Assembly (NCBI GenBank): GCA_002269645.1 | Contig: NIVC01000861.1 | Span: 186,001 to 250,000 of the forward strand | Length of the DNA stretch: 64,000 nucleotides | Source: Macrostomum lignano | Lineage: Eukaryota | Direction: 5' to 3' | In this document: positions 1-10,440 of the stretch, piece after piece | How the letters are laid out: the number at the start of each line of letters is the position of its first letter | Numbering within the stretch: position 1 is the first letter of the stretch | Made by a program: the position numbers and the translations under genes | Notes under the pieces: generated by a model | Database searches by the model: none | What the model saw: only the letters and a program-made list of their open reading frames with translations | Told to the model about the DNA's origin: nothing

Positions 1-1
1 C

Positions 2-1631
2 TCCCAGCTTGGCAAACAGGTCCTCGATCTTGGGCAGAGGGTACTGCTCGGTCAGGCACGCCGGGTTGAAAGTTTGCGTATAATCACCGCAAATCCTGAC
101 GCCGCCATCCTTCTTGACCACCGGAACGATCGGAGAGGCCCAGTCGCTGTGCTTAACCGCCGAAATGATGCCGTTGGCCTCCAGTCTCTGCAGCTCCTCG
201 TCCACGCGCTCTCGTAGTGCATACGGAACCGGGCGGGCTTTAAAGAACCGAGGTTGGGCACCGTCGACGACGTTGAGCCGCACTTTACCGTGTCGATATT
301 CGCCAAGTCGGTCCTCGAACACCGCAGCAAATCTCTCATGCAGGTCGCTGATGTCGCTATCGGTCGACACGGCGTGCACCTGGGCCATAATTGTCGGCCA
401 GTCCAGCCGAAGGTGAGCCAGCCAGTCTCGTCCCAGCAGTGCCGTGTCTCCTTTGTCGACTACAAGCAGCGTTAGCTGTAGCTGCTGGGCGTTGTGCTGG
501 ACGCAGACTGTGGCTTGGCCTCGCGGATGAAAGCGTTCATTGGTGAAGGTTCGCAGCACTGCAGCCGATGGAGCCAGTTGTAGCTGAGGGAGTAACTTTT
601 GCTGCAGCTGCTGCGGCATCAGCGTGACTGCAGAGCCGGTGTCGATGACAAACTGGCATTCCTGGCCGTTGACGAGCAGCATGACTGTCGGTCCAACGTT
701 TCTGCCTGTTGGTCGGACTGCGAAGATGGGCACCTGGGTGCCACACGCGCCTTCGACAGTAGGTGCCATCCGCTCCTCTTGCAGCATGTGTAGCTTGGCC
801 TGCTTGGTGGACTGGCAGACCTTGCGGATATGGCCGACCTTGCCGCATGCATGGCACTTGGCGTCCCTGAACTTGCATGAATGACGCTCGTGGGAACCGC
901 CACAGCTTTTGCATGAGCTGCCACCGCCACCGTTGCCGCTGCCGTTGCCGCTGCCGTTGCCGCTGCCGTTGCCGCTGCCGTTGCCGCTGCCGCCGTTGCC
1001 GCTGCCCCCGTTGTCGCTGCCGCTGACCCGATGCCCTCTGTGGTGCGCTGAAGGTGTCACCTGCTTGCGGCTACCTCTCTTGCTGACAAATTGCAGATTG
1101 GCAACAGACTCCGATGCCCTTTGTGACATCTCCAGGGACGAACGCTCTGCAGACTCCAGCGACATAGCCTTTGTTTGCAGGGATTCGAAAGTCGGCTCAA
1201 CGACTTCCAGCAGCTTGGCTCGATAGGCGTCGCTTCGAAGGCCGAACACGAGTTGGTCTCGGAGCCGCTCATTTAGCGACTCACCGAAGTTGCAGTCAGC
1301 TGACAGAGCCTGGAGCCCCGCGATGAATGCCGTGAAGCTCTCGCCTTCGTTGTTGGAAACGGAACCTCGCAGCTAGCTCCGAAGGCTTGGGTGCGAAGTG
1401 CGTTGTCAGCAGCTTCTTCAGGTCAGCGTAAGACTTCTGCGCCACTTGGACCGGCTGGCACAGACTCCGCAGTGTGATGTAAGCCTCCTCTCCAATCGAC
1501 GTGATCAGAGTTGCCACTTTTGCCTCATCCTTCACCTCCTTGCAGATGAAGTACTGCTCGAGACGCTCTAGGAAGATCTCGATGTTTGTAGATGGTAGCA
1601 GTTGGCCCAGCGTGGGCAGACTCGTCGCCAT
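2..1631 (-). pseudogene. gag-pol polyprotein with a frameshift near 1348 (partial)
   Basis: The ATG-1631 frame reads MATSLPTLG...RFRFQQ. The conserved EGESFTAFIA...LNERLRDQLVFGL continues in a different frame from 1348, which stays open through protease and RT to position 2. Confidence 0.85.
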
Positions 1632-1840
1632 TGTGATAACTTTGTTAAGCGAGGCAGAAGTGTGGAATTGCAGGAGTGAGTAAAAGGTGCTCGCTTGAGA
1701 GCTAGGCTGTTAACATTTATTATTTAGCACTGAGGTGGTGGGTGCAGACAGATTCAAACGCGCGCATGGGGTGGGGTGGAATAAAATACAATCTCTAAGC
1801 CGATCAATAACAACTCCACTGCTAGTGAGTCAACACTACA
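1632..1840 (-). repeat. 5' long terminal repeat (209 bp)
   Basis: Minus strand starts TGTAGTG and ends TATCACA, is followed by 1 nt and then the TGG PBS, and contains AATAAA (plus 1716-1721). Confidence 0.85.
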
Positions 1841-2010
1841 GTGCATGCAACCTATAGCAAAGTTCATCGTGTCACTATGTCACACTCATCATGCCCCCTA
1901 CTGTCTCATCATGCCCCCCTACTGTCTAGGGGGGGGGGGCAATGATGAGACATTGCCTTCAAAAACTTCAAATAAACTTCAAAACTATGAAATTAAATAG
2001 CGACGCTCAC

Positions 2011-5000
2011 CGAGTCCCCAGAAGCATTGGCGCCGGTTATAACGCCGATTTGAACCCCGGCCCTACTCAGCTCGACAGCCTTGCTGTCTAGAAAGTTTTT
2101 CACAACGCCAGTAAAGCAGCGCTGCTGAACAAAGACCAACGCCCTGGAGTCCGGCTGGCGCTGGAACTGTTCGGCAAGGATCTGGCGCAGCTGATTCAGC
2201 GCTGGGCTGCAGCTGGCGGCGCTCGGGTTTCTGGTGCAGTAAGCGCGCATCCGCGGCAGCAGGCGGCTCTGGAGGAGGTCGCGAAGCTCTTCGTCCAGCG
2301 GACAGGTTGGGTCTCTGTGGGTCGCGGATATGAGGCTTATATTATTATAGTGATGAAGCCGCTCTTTTGCCTGAGGATCTCGGAGTCTGTCATCCCAATT
2401 CTGAGGATCTGTGGGAGTTTGTCATCCCAATAATTCTGAGGATCTGTCAGAGTCTGTCATCCCAATAATTCTGAGGATCTGTGGGAGTTTGTCATCCCAA
2501 TAATTCTGAGGATCTGTCAGAGTCTGTCATCCCAATAATTCTGAGGATCTGTGGGAGTTTGTCATCCCAATAATTCTGAGGATCTGTGGGAGTCTGTCAT
2601 CCCAATATTCTGAGGATCTGTGAGAGTCTGTCATTCCAATAATTCTGAGGATCTGTGGGAGTCAAGTCGAACCCGAAACCCACACAGAAGATAATATAAT
2701 AGCCCCACCTGCTAAGCACATTGGGATCGCACAGGTGCTCCTCAATATATTTCACAGCATCGTTGCTGCGGAACAGGCTCCATAACAGTGTGGCCACATT
2801 GCAGTGGTGCAGCCGGACCCAAACTGCGGCCACTTCAACACTGCGAGCGACCAGTTTTGAGCGAAGTTCGCCGCAGAAATTCGTATAGAGAAAACTGCTG
2901 CGAGCTGGGGGACTCGGCGCTGGCAGCCTCAGCTTCTCGCATGCGGTTGCTAGGCCCTGAAAATACATGTACATCCTTATCTATATTATCTAGTACTCGT
3001 AATTTAGTTTGTTAAATAAATAAAGTAAACAGGAAACTTAAAAATGTTTATTAAGTTGTTAGTGAATTAGAGTAGAGATAAAATATGGGTTGAAAATTTA
3101 AGGAGGGTATCGAGGGGAAAGGGGGAAGAGGGTATGGGGGAAGGGGGAGAGGGTATGGAGGGGTAAGAAGGGAGAGGGTATGGAGGGGAAAGAGGCAAGA
3201 GGGTAGGGAGGAGACACATGAAAGATGAGATGGTACTACAGAGAGATAGAGGATACGAAAGATTGAGAAGTTGATGGAGACAAGAGAAAATAGAGAAAAG
3301 ATAGATTAAAAAGACAGGTAGTAGATACCCACCTGCTCAGCCCGGTCCATCAGCAGGTCCAAGCACTGTAGAATATCGTCGCTCTGTTTCCTACCAGTGC
3401 TATGCAGCTTAACACTCGGATTATTCACATGCTTATGCAAAGAATCCGCGCAGCTTTTCACGCTAACTAATCGTTTACAGTCGAGACTGGCGCATAGGCG
3501 AAGCACGTGATCCATAGCCTCCTCCGTGTTGTGAGCCTGCCCGGTGCCCGGACTGGCTGTCAGGCCGACTATTTGCGGCAGGCGAAGGCCGGGCGACTGC
3601 TGCTGCCGCTCCTTCAACTGGTCACGGTGACGGGGGCAATGATTAACATGGCATTTTATAATTATAGCTTCTCTGTGATTCTTCTTAGTTTATTATTGTG
3701 AAAAGCTTTCAATATGACTTATTGGTGCTTTAGTGACCTCCCCTACGAGTCCTCTTCCTCAGAGGTGCTTCAGTGACCTCCCCTATAAGTCCTCTTCCTC
3801 AGAGGTGCTTCAGTGACCTCCCCTATGAGTCCTCTTCCTCAGAGGTGCTTCAGTGACCTCCCCTATGAGTCCCCTTCCTCAGAGGTGCTTCAGTGACCTC
3901 CCCTATGAGTCCCCTCCGTCAGAGGTGCTTCAGTGACCTCCCCTATGAGTCCTCTTCCTCAGAGGTGCTTCAGTGACCTCCCCTACGAGTCCTCTTCCTC
4001 AGAGGTGCTTCAGTGACCTCCCCTATGAGTCCTCTTCCTCAGAGGTGCTTCAGTGACCTCCCCTATGAGTCCTCTTCCTCAGAGGTGCTTCAGTGACTTC
4101 CCCTATGGGTCCTCTTCCTCAGAGGTGCTTCAGTGACCTCCCCTATGAGTCCTCTTCCTCAGAGGTGCTTCAGTGACCTCCCCTATGAGTCCTCTTCCTC
4201 AGAGGTGCTTCAGTGACCTCCCCTATGGGTCCTCTTCCTCAGAGGTGCTTCAGTGACCTCCCCTATGAGTCCCCTTCCTCAGAGGTGCTTCAGTGACCTC
4301 CCCTATGAGTCCTCTTCCTCAGAGGTGCTTCAGTGACCTCCCCTACGAGTCCTCTTCCTCAGAGGTGCTTCAGTGACCTCTCCTATGAGTCCTCTTCCTC
4401 AGAGGTGCTTCAGTGACCTCCCCTACGAGTCCTCTTCCTCAGAGGTGCTTCAGTGACCTCCCCTATGAGTCCTCTTCCTCAGAGGTGCTTCAGTGACCTC
4501 TCCTATGAGTCCTCTTCCTCAGAGGTGCTTCAGTGACCTCTCCTATGAGTCCCCTTCCTCAGAGGTGCTTCAGTGACCTCTCCTATGAGTCCCATTCCAT
4601 AGGAGTGTACAGCGGCCCTGACTTTATTTATCGTTAGGCATAGGCATGTACACTTCACTGTGCCTTGGGGGTTGGCCCTCAATGGCGTTAACTGCCCAAA
4701 ATTAATGCGACTGCATTTGGAATCGAGCCTGGGCCGCTGGCACACCAGAGCGCCACTCTAGACCACTGGGCTACGGCCACAACCTACCTGAAAGTAGTAC
4801 TCCATAATCTTATTAGACGGGTGATCCTTGGCGCAGTTGTGGCACTCGTCAAATATAATGAGTCTGAACTTCGTCAAATCGCCATTTAGACCGTCTTCGT
4901 CTTTGTCCTTTAAACTGTTGAGCAGAATCTGGGTGCTCACTATGAGCACAGAGTGATGACGAAGCTGGTAGCTGAGCGGAGCGCGTTCGCCTTCGCCTCC

Positions 5001-8000
5001 AGTGACGGGAGAAATCCTGCAAATTGTGTTTTTGTAATATAATGATTTAAACTAGCATTTCAATACATGTCGGCTGTTGAAACATTCTCGAACTTTACAT
5101 ACTACTGTTTATCGCTTTTAAGTAGTATACACATATAGTTAGAAAACTCAATTATTAACTCAACAGCAAAATCCCTAATCTCAAAACTGCCAAATCCCCA
5201 ATCTCAAAACTGCCAAATCCCCAATCTCAAAACTGCCAAATCCCCAATCTCAAAACTGCCAAATCCCCAATCTCAAAACTGCCAAATCCCCAATCTCAAA
5301 ACAACAAAATCCCCAATCTCAAAACAGCCAAATCCCCAATCTCAAAACAACAAAATCCCCAATCTCAAAACTGCCAAATCCCCAATCTCAAAACAACAAA
5401 ATCCCCAATCTCAAAACAGCCAAATCCTCAATCTCAAAACAGCAAAATCCCCTATCTCAAAACAGCCAAATCCCCAATCTCAAAACAGCCAAATCCCCAA
5501 TCTCAAAACTGCCAAATCCCCAATCTCAAAACAGCAAAATCTCCAATCTCAAAACTGCTAAATCCCAATCTCAAAACTGCCAAATCCCCCAATCTCAAAA
5601 CTGCTAAATCCCAATCTCAAAACTGCCCAAACCAGATATTTATAAAACCATCGAATAAAAACTTGAGTATGATAAACAGTGAGCACAGTGAAAGCAGAGC
5701 ACACACGCCAACTTACTTATCTCTAAATCTAGCCGGCAGTTGAGCTTTAAAGGCTTCGTACTGCTGCTCAACCAGATGCTTCCTATCGGCCAGAAAGCAC
5801 ACCCGAGCATCCGGGTCTTCTTCTAACCGAGCTCCGGCTATCCTGATGCTGACCAGAGTCTTGCCCGAACCTGTTGGCGCCACGATCACGGAGTTGAGGC
5901 CGGCCACCCCGCTGGCAGCCAGCTCCTCCTGGTACACCCGCATCTGCTGGATGCCCGACTGAGCTGCCTCCTGATCCACTTCCTTGATGAGCTTGTCTTA
6001 AATGCGGTAAAATTATATCACAGGGTTGAAAATGTTTGAAAATCTTAAATACTAAAATCCCTAATCATAATCATATAATCCCAAATCCTTAACTCCCAAA
6101 TCCCTAACTATAGAATCTTCTCAAATCCCTAACTATAGAATTAGAATCCCAAATCCCTAACTATAGAATCCCAAATCCCTAACTATAGAATCCCAAATCC
6201 CTAACTATAGAATCCCAAATCCCTAACTATAGAATCCCAAATCCCTAACTATAGAATCCCAAATCCCTAACTATAGAATCCCAAATCCCTAACTATGGAA
6301 TCCCACTTCTAAGCCTAGGCCCTATCAAATTTCGAGTCACAAAGCTGACAATTTTAATCCCAAAGCCTAACTATTCCCGATCTGAAATCGAACCCCAACT
6401 CTCACTCCATTATACTTTCAAATCCATCATCCATCGATTCACCTGTCTCTTTAGCAATATCCATCATCTTCAACAGCTTAGTTGCCGGTTCGCTTTGCTG
6501 CTCCTCGAAATCCATGCTCTGTGGTGCAGACTGCAGTTGCTGCTGGCTCTGCTGCTTCTGCAGCAAGGCTCGAATCGGGGAGCTTTCATTTGAGCTGCTG
6601 CTGGCAGAGCTGGCTTGAGCATTCGAGGCGAAAGACGCCGGCCTGAACAATATTGAGATTTTGTGAAACAAATTTGCCTAAAATTTCTGACGAAAAAACT
6701 ATAAGATTTTAATTGGTCAGGATTAAGGATTGGGATTTGTCAAGATTAAGGATTGGGATTTGCCAGGATTAAGGATTGGGTCTTTTCAGTATTAAGGATT
6801 GGGATTTGTCAGGATTGAGGATTGGGATTTGTCAGGATTAAGGATTGGGATTTGCCAGGATTAAGGATTGGGTTTTTTCAGTATTAAGGATTGGGATTTG
6901 TCAGGATTAAGGATTGGGATTTGTCAGGATTAAGGATTGGGATTTGTCAGGATTAAGGATTGGGATTTGTCAGGATTAAGGATTGGGTTTTTTCAGTATT
7001 AAGGATTGGGATTTGTCAGGATTAAGGATTAGGATTTGTCAGCATTAAGGATTGGGATTTCAACAAATGAGAACGAGATGCCGACCTACCCGGCAAACAA
7101 TAGGCTCTGGTGCACTCTCTGCACCTGTGGAGACTCAATAACAGGCTTAACAGCAGCAGCAGTTGAAGACTCAAAGTCTGCAGCCAAACTATCGCAGTTC
7201 ATGCAGATGTACATATCAAGAGCTTCGCTGATTGTATTGCGAGCAGTTCGCCTGGTGTCCGCAATGTTGGACAGCAGCTGGGCTCGGGTGTCGGTTAGGC
7301 TGCTGTCAAAGTCTGTCATCAGTGGCGGAATGCGGGGAAATGTAGGGCGATTCTCACTCTATAAAAGGGCGATTCTCAATCTAAAGAATGACGATTCTCT
7401 CTCTACGGCAAAGAAGGGCGATTCTCAATATAAAAAAGGGCGATTCTCACTCTTAACGGCGATTCTAAATCTAAAGAAAGGCGATTCTCACTCTAAAAAG
7501 GGGCGATTCTCACTCTAAAAAAGGGCAATTCTCTCTCTAAAGAAGGGCGATTCTCACTCTCTAAAGAATGACACGATTCTCTCTCTAAAGAGTGGCGATT
7601 CTCACTCTAAAGAAAGGCGATTCTCACTCTAAAGAAGGGTAATTCTCAATCTAAAAGGATTCTCAATAAGCTTATAGTCAGAGGCAATTTCTAGAGGCCA
7701 TACAAAGTTGATTAAACAAAATTAAGCTTAGGCCTACTGCTAGCAAAGAAGCTCTGAAAGTCTGGCAGGATCTCGTCAAGCTGCGTAAGAGCACCACACT
7801 GGATCATGGCTGCAATGAGGCGCTGTGTCCAATCAGGCTTGCCAATAAGTAGTGACAGAAGCACCATATCTTCTGCAAAATTATATAAGGCATATTCTCT
7901 ATTTTATGAAATTATCAATAATTGAGCTATTGAAAACCAAACAATATACTACTCACTTTTAGTACTATCAACCTCATCAAAAGTAGCCAAGTCAGCTTCT

Positions 8001-8712
8001 GTCAATGTATTCGTTGTTAACAATGATGCCAACAAGTCATCCAATGTTAGCAAGTCAAATTTAATTGAAGACTGGCCATTTGCTTTTTGATAATATTGAG
8101 CTAGGCAGCAAATTAGCCTTTGTTCTCTACTGCCACTTTCAAACTTAATTAAACCATTGTTATCTTGCATGTCTGAAAAAGCAATATATTATAAAAGATG
8201 ATACTTAAATTTAAATTAAATAATAATTAATACCATTATATTTTTCTATGCTAAAATTAAAAATAGTAGGCCTAAACTCACTTTTCTGCACAGATAAATA
8301 GAATTTTTCATATTTTTGCAACCTTTTTGAGCTGTGCAATGCTTCTAATAGCATAGTTGATACTCCAAGTAGTTGATCAGGTGAATTGCTATCAGTTACC
8401 AGTTGTTTTGCCAATTGTATATTAGAAAGAGTATCTAAAAACAAAAATATATAAAAAGTTTAGAGCATGAGGTTAAACTTCATGAAAAATTTAAAAGTCA
8501 ACAAAACTAGGCCTATTAATTTACTGATAGTGTCAATAAGATATTTTGAAAGCCTTCAAAATAAACCTGTTATCAAACTTACCAGGATCAAAACAGTCCG
8601 CAATGTCAGTTGGAAAACTTAGGATTTTATGCAGTTGCTTTTTAAAATCTTGTTTACCAGAACTAGTCGCAGAAACTTCAATCAGAAGTTGGTAAACAAT
8701 CTCTTTAGCCAT
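2011..8712 (-). CDS. RIG-I-like receptor (RLR)-type DExD/H RNA helicase with CARD-like N-terminal region, 5' 801 codons; 3' exons lie outside the window
   Basis: Exons (minus): 8583-8712, 8282-8434, 7957-8172, 7738-7872, 7090-7312, 6443-6642, 5717-5996, 4788-5016, 3333-3617, 2709-2956, 2011-2314; all GT-AG and phase-consistent. Motifs: Q (MRVYQEELA), I (APTGSGKT), Ia (FLADRKHLVEQQ), II (FDECHN), III (GLTASPG), Hel2i, IV (RALVFVQQR). Exon 4 (LLSLLIGKPDWTQRLIAAMIQCG) resembles the last helices of RIG-I CARDs. Confidence 0.88.
2372..2660. repeat. 35-bp minisatellite (RLR intron 10)
   Basis: Unit catcccaataattctgaggatctgtgggagtttgt, about 8 copies with alternating variants. Confidence 0.95.
3070..3305. 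repeat. Purine-rich low-complexity tract (RLR intron 9)
   Basis: G/A-rich ggaggg/gagaggg runs. Confidence 0.7.
3730..4590. repeat. 40-bp minisatellite (RLR intron 8)
   Basis: Unit cagaggtgcttcagtgacctcccctatgagtcctcttcct, about 21 copies. Confidence 0.97.
4600..4780 (-). mobile_element. tRNA-derived SINE, 5' half
   Basis: Minus strand starts GTGGCCGTAGCCCAGTGGTCTAGAG...GGCTCGATTCC (A-box and B-box like); the body matches 11380-11567. Confidence 0.75.
5165..5630. repeat. 23-bp minisatellite (RLR intron 7)
   Basis: Unit aaatccccaatctcaaaactgcc. Confidence 0.95.
6050..6310. repeat. 22-bp minisatellite (RLR intron 6)
   Basis: Unit cccaaatccctaactatagaat. Confidence 0.93.
6715..7062. repeat. 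23-bp minisatellite (RLR intron 5)
   Basis: Unit caggattaaggattgggatttgt. Confidence 0.95.
7345..7640. repeat. ~22-bp minisatellite (RLR intron 4)
   Basis: Unit aaagaagggcgattctcactct, degenerate. Confidence 0.9.
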
Positions 8713-9166
8713 TTTATATATAGTAAGCTTACTGTGATAGCCAGATCTTTGAAATAAATTATAGGCACAATAAAGACTTGTCAGTTAGAAAGGCAAGTGG
8801 CAAGTGACAAAATCCAAAAAGATTTTGGCACAGATATATTATGTAATCTAAGCTTGCATGCCTGTAAGAGTAAGACTGCAGCGCCAATAATTTATGAATA
8901 TAAAGTTTTCGCTTTTAAACTCACATGGAATTTCCAAGAAATTTTGTAAATTTTCGTACGCAAGGGGAGTTTGGTGTACATTAGCTCCTTAGTGTACAAT
9001 TGTACTTAAATAATGTACATCAAGCTTTTACAGCCTGGAGTGAAAAGAACTATAAATAGAATAGAACATTGTATGGAGCGAAATGTACACACAATCCCGA
9101 CTTTGTGGAAACTGGTATATCCCCTCCTGTTTCTGCTCATGTTAATTTAGTAAAAGCCCATCCACG

Positions 9167-9184
9167 TTAGGGTTAGGGTTAGGG
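9167..9184 (+). repeat. Interstitial (TTAGGG)3
   Basis: ttagggttagggttaggg next to the left arm of the foldback element. Confidence 0.8.
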
Positions 9185-9219
9185 CAAGGACAACTAAAGC
9201 AACGTATATATAGCCGGAA

Positions 9220-10440
9220 GGTTTCCAGCCGGGAAGGTTGCCAGCCGGCTGGTTGCCAGGCCAAGAAAATTTGCTGCAAAATAGCTACCAGGTCAGAATG
9301 TCAGCTGCTGTCTAATTTTACAATTATAATAAATTAAGAGCTGAAGTAGCAATATACTAATGCATTTATTTACATGTATTCGATTAGGCTGCATAAAACC
9401 TGTACTTTTAGCAATTGAATACAATAGTGCAATCAGGGGCGGATTTAGGGTGGGGGGGGGCGGCAAAATAGCTTGACAGAACATATTGCGCGGTTTGCGC
9501 CCCCCCCCAAAACCTACGTTTGCGCCCTCTAAGCTTGATTTTTCGCCCCCTACACGCAATTTTTGCGCCCCTAGCTTAAAAATTGGCGCCCCTTATACTC
9601 GAGTTGGCGCACCCTTAATTATACTCGAGTTGGCGCCCCAAACTTGGACCGCCCCCCCCCCCAAAATGAAACTCTAGATCCGCCACTGTGTGCAATATTT
9701 GCTTACATGTATGTACCAACACCAAGCAACAAGCTCTTAACTGCTTCAGTCATTTTGCAACAAAATATGCAGATACACTATTTTTTCGGTCACATGTATT
9801 CGATTGCTAAAAGTTTTTTTAAAATACAGGTTTTATGCAGCCTTATTTAATAAATAAATGCATTAGTGTACTTCAGCTTTTATAATTGATTTGATTATAA
9901 TTGTAAAATTAGACAGCTGCTCAAATTGAGAGCTGGTACCTTTCTTACTGCAAATTTTCTCGGCTGGCAACTTTCCGGCTTGCAACTTTCCGGGTGGCAA
10001 CCTTCCGGGTGGCAACCTTCCTAGCTGGCAACTTTCGGCTGGCAATTTTCCTGCTTGCAACCTTCCTAGCTGGCAACTTTCGGCTGGCAATTTTCCAGCT
10101 GGCAACCTTCCTGGCTGGCAACTTTCCGGCTGACAACCTTCCTGGCTGGCAACTTTCCGGCTGGCAACCTTCCTGGCTGGCAACTTTCCGGCTGGCAACC
10201 TTCCGGGTGGCAACCTTCCTATGGCAACTTTCGGCTGGCAATTTTCCAGCTGGCAACCTTCCTGGCTGGCAACTTTCCGGCTTGCAACTTTCCGGGTGGC
10301 AACCTTCCGGATGGCAACCTTCCGGATGGCAACCTTCCGGCTGGCAACCTTCCGGCTGGCAACTTTCCGGCTGGCAACCTTCCGGCTGGCAACCTTCCGG
10401 GTGGCAACCTTCCGGCTGGCAACCTTCTCGGCTGGCGATT
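9220..10440. mobile_element. Foldback-like element with ~200-bp imperfect inverted arms and an expanded 15-16 bp subterminal array
   Basis: 9225-9425 is an imperfect reverse complement of ~9790-9990 (shared cagctg/tgtctaattttacaattataat, gctgaagta, ctaatgcatttattta, aggctgcataaaacctgta, cttttagcaat); ggctggcaac(c/t)ttcc array at 9960-10437. Confidence 0.7.
9434..9688. mobile_element. hAT-type MITE (255 bp)
   Basis: TIRs CAGGGGCGGATTTAG / CTAGATCCGCCACTG; 8-bp TSD agtgcaat (9426-9433) vs tgtgcaat (9689-9696), 7/8 match. Confidence 0.85.

Larger units (their letters stand above)
1..1840 (-). mobile_element. Ty3/Gypsy LTR retrotransposon (Mag/K02A2.6-like), 5' portion; continues left of the window
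   Basis: 5' LTR 1632-1840 (TGT...ACA), PBS-like TGGCGACGAG at 1621-1630, gag with Cys/His zinc-knuckle region (CKSCGGSHERHSC, CHACGKVGHIRKVC), aspartic protease DTG at 635-643, RT start (WASPIVPVVKKDGGVRICGDY, YPLPKIEDLF) at the left edge. Confidence 0.95.

Noticed and set aside
1340-1360. Programmed ribosomal frameshift in the Gypsy ORF
   Set aside because: It falls inside the gag N-terminal domain, not at the gag-pol junction; no slippery heptamer is present and sequence appears to be missing.
4700-4780. Functional tRNA gene
   Set aside because: The cloverleaf is imperfect, there is no T-run terminator, and it is contiguous with a repeated SINE body.
9167-9184. Chromosome end or telomere-fusion site
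   Set aside because: Only three TTAGGG units with unique sequence on both sides and no inverted CCCTAA array.
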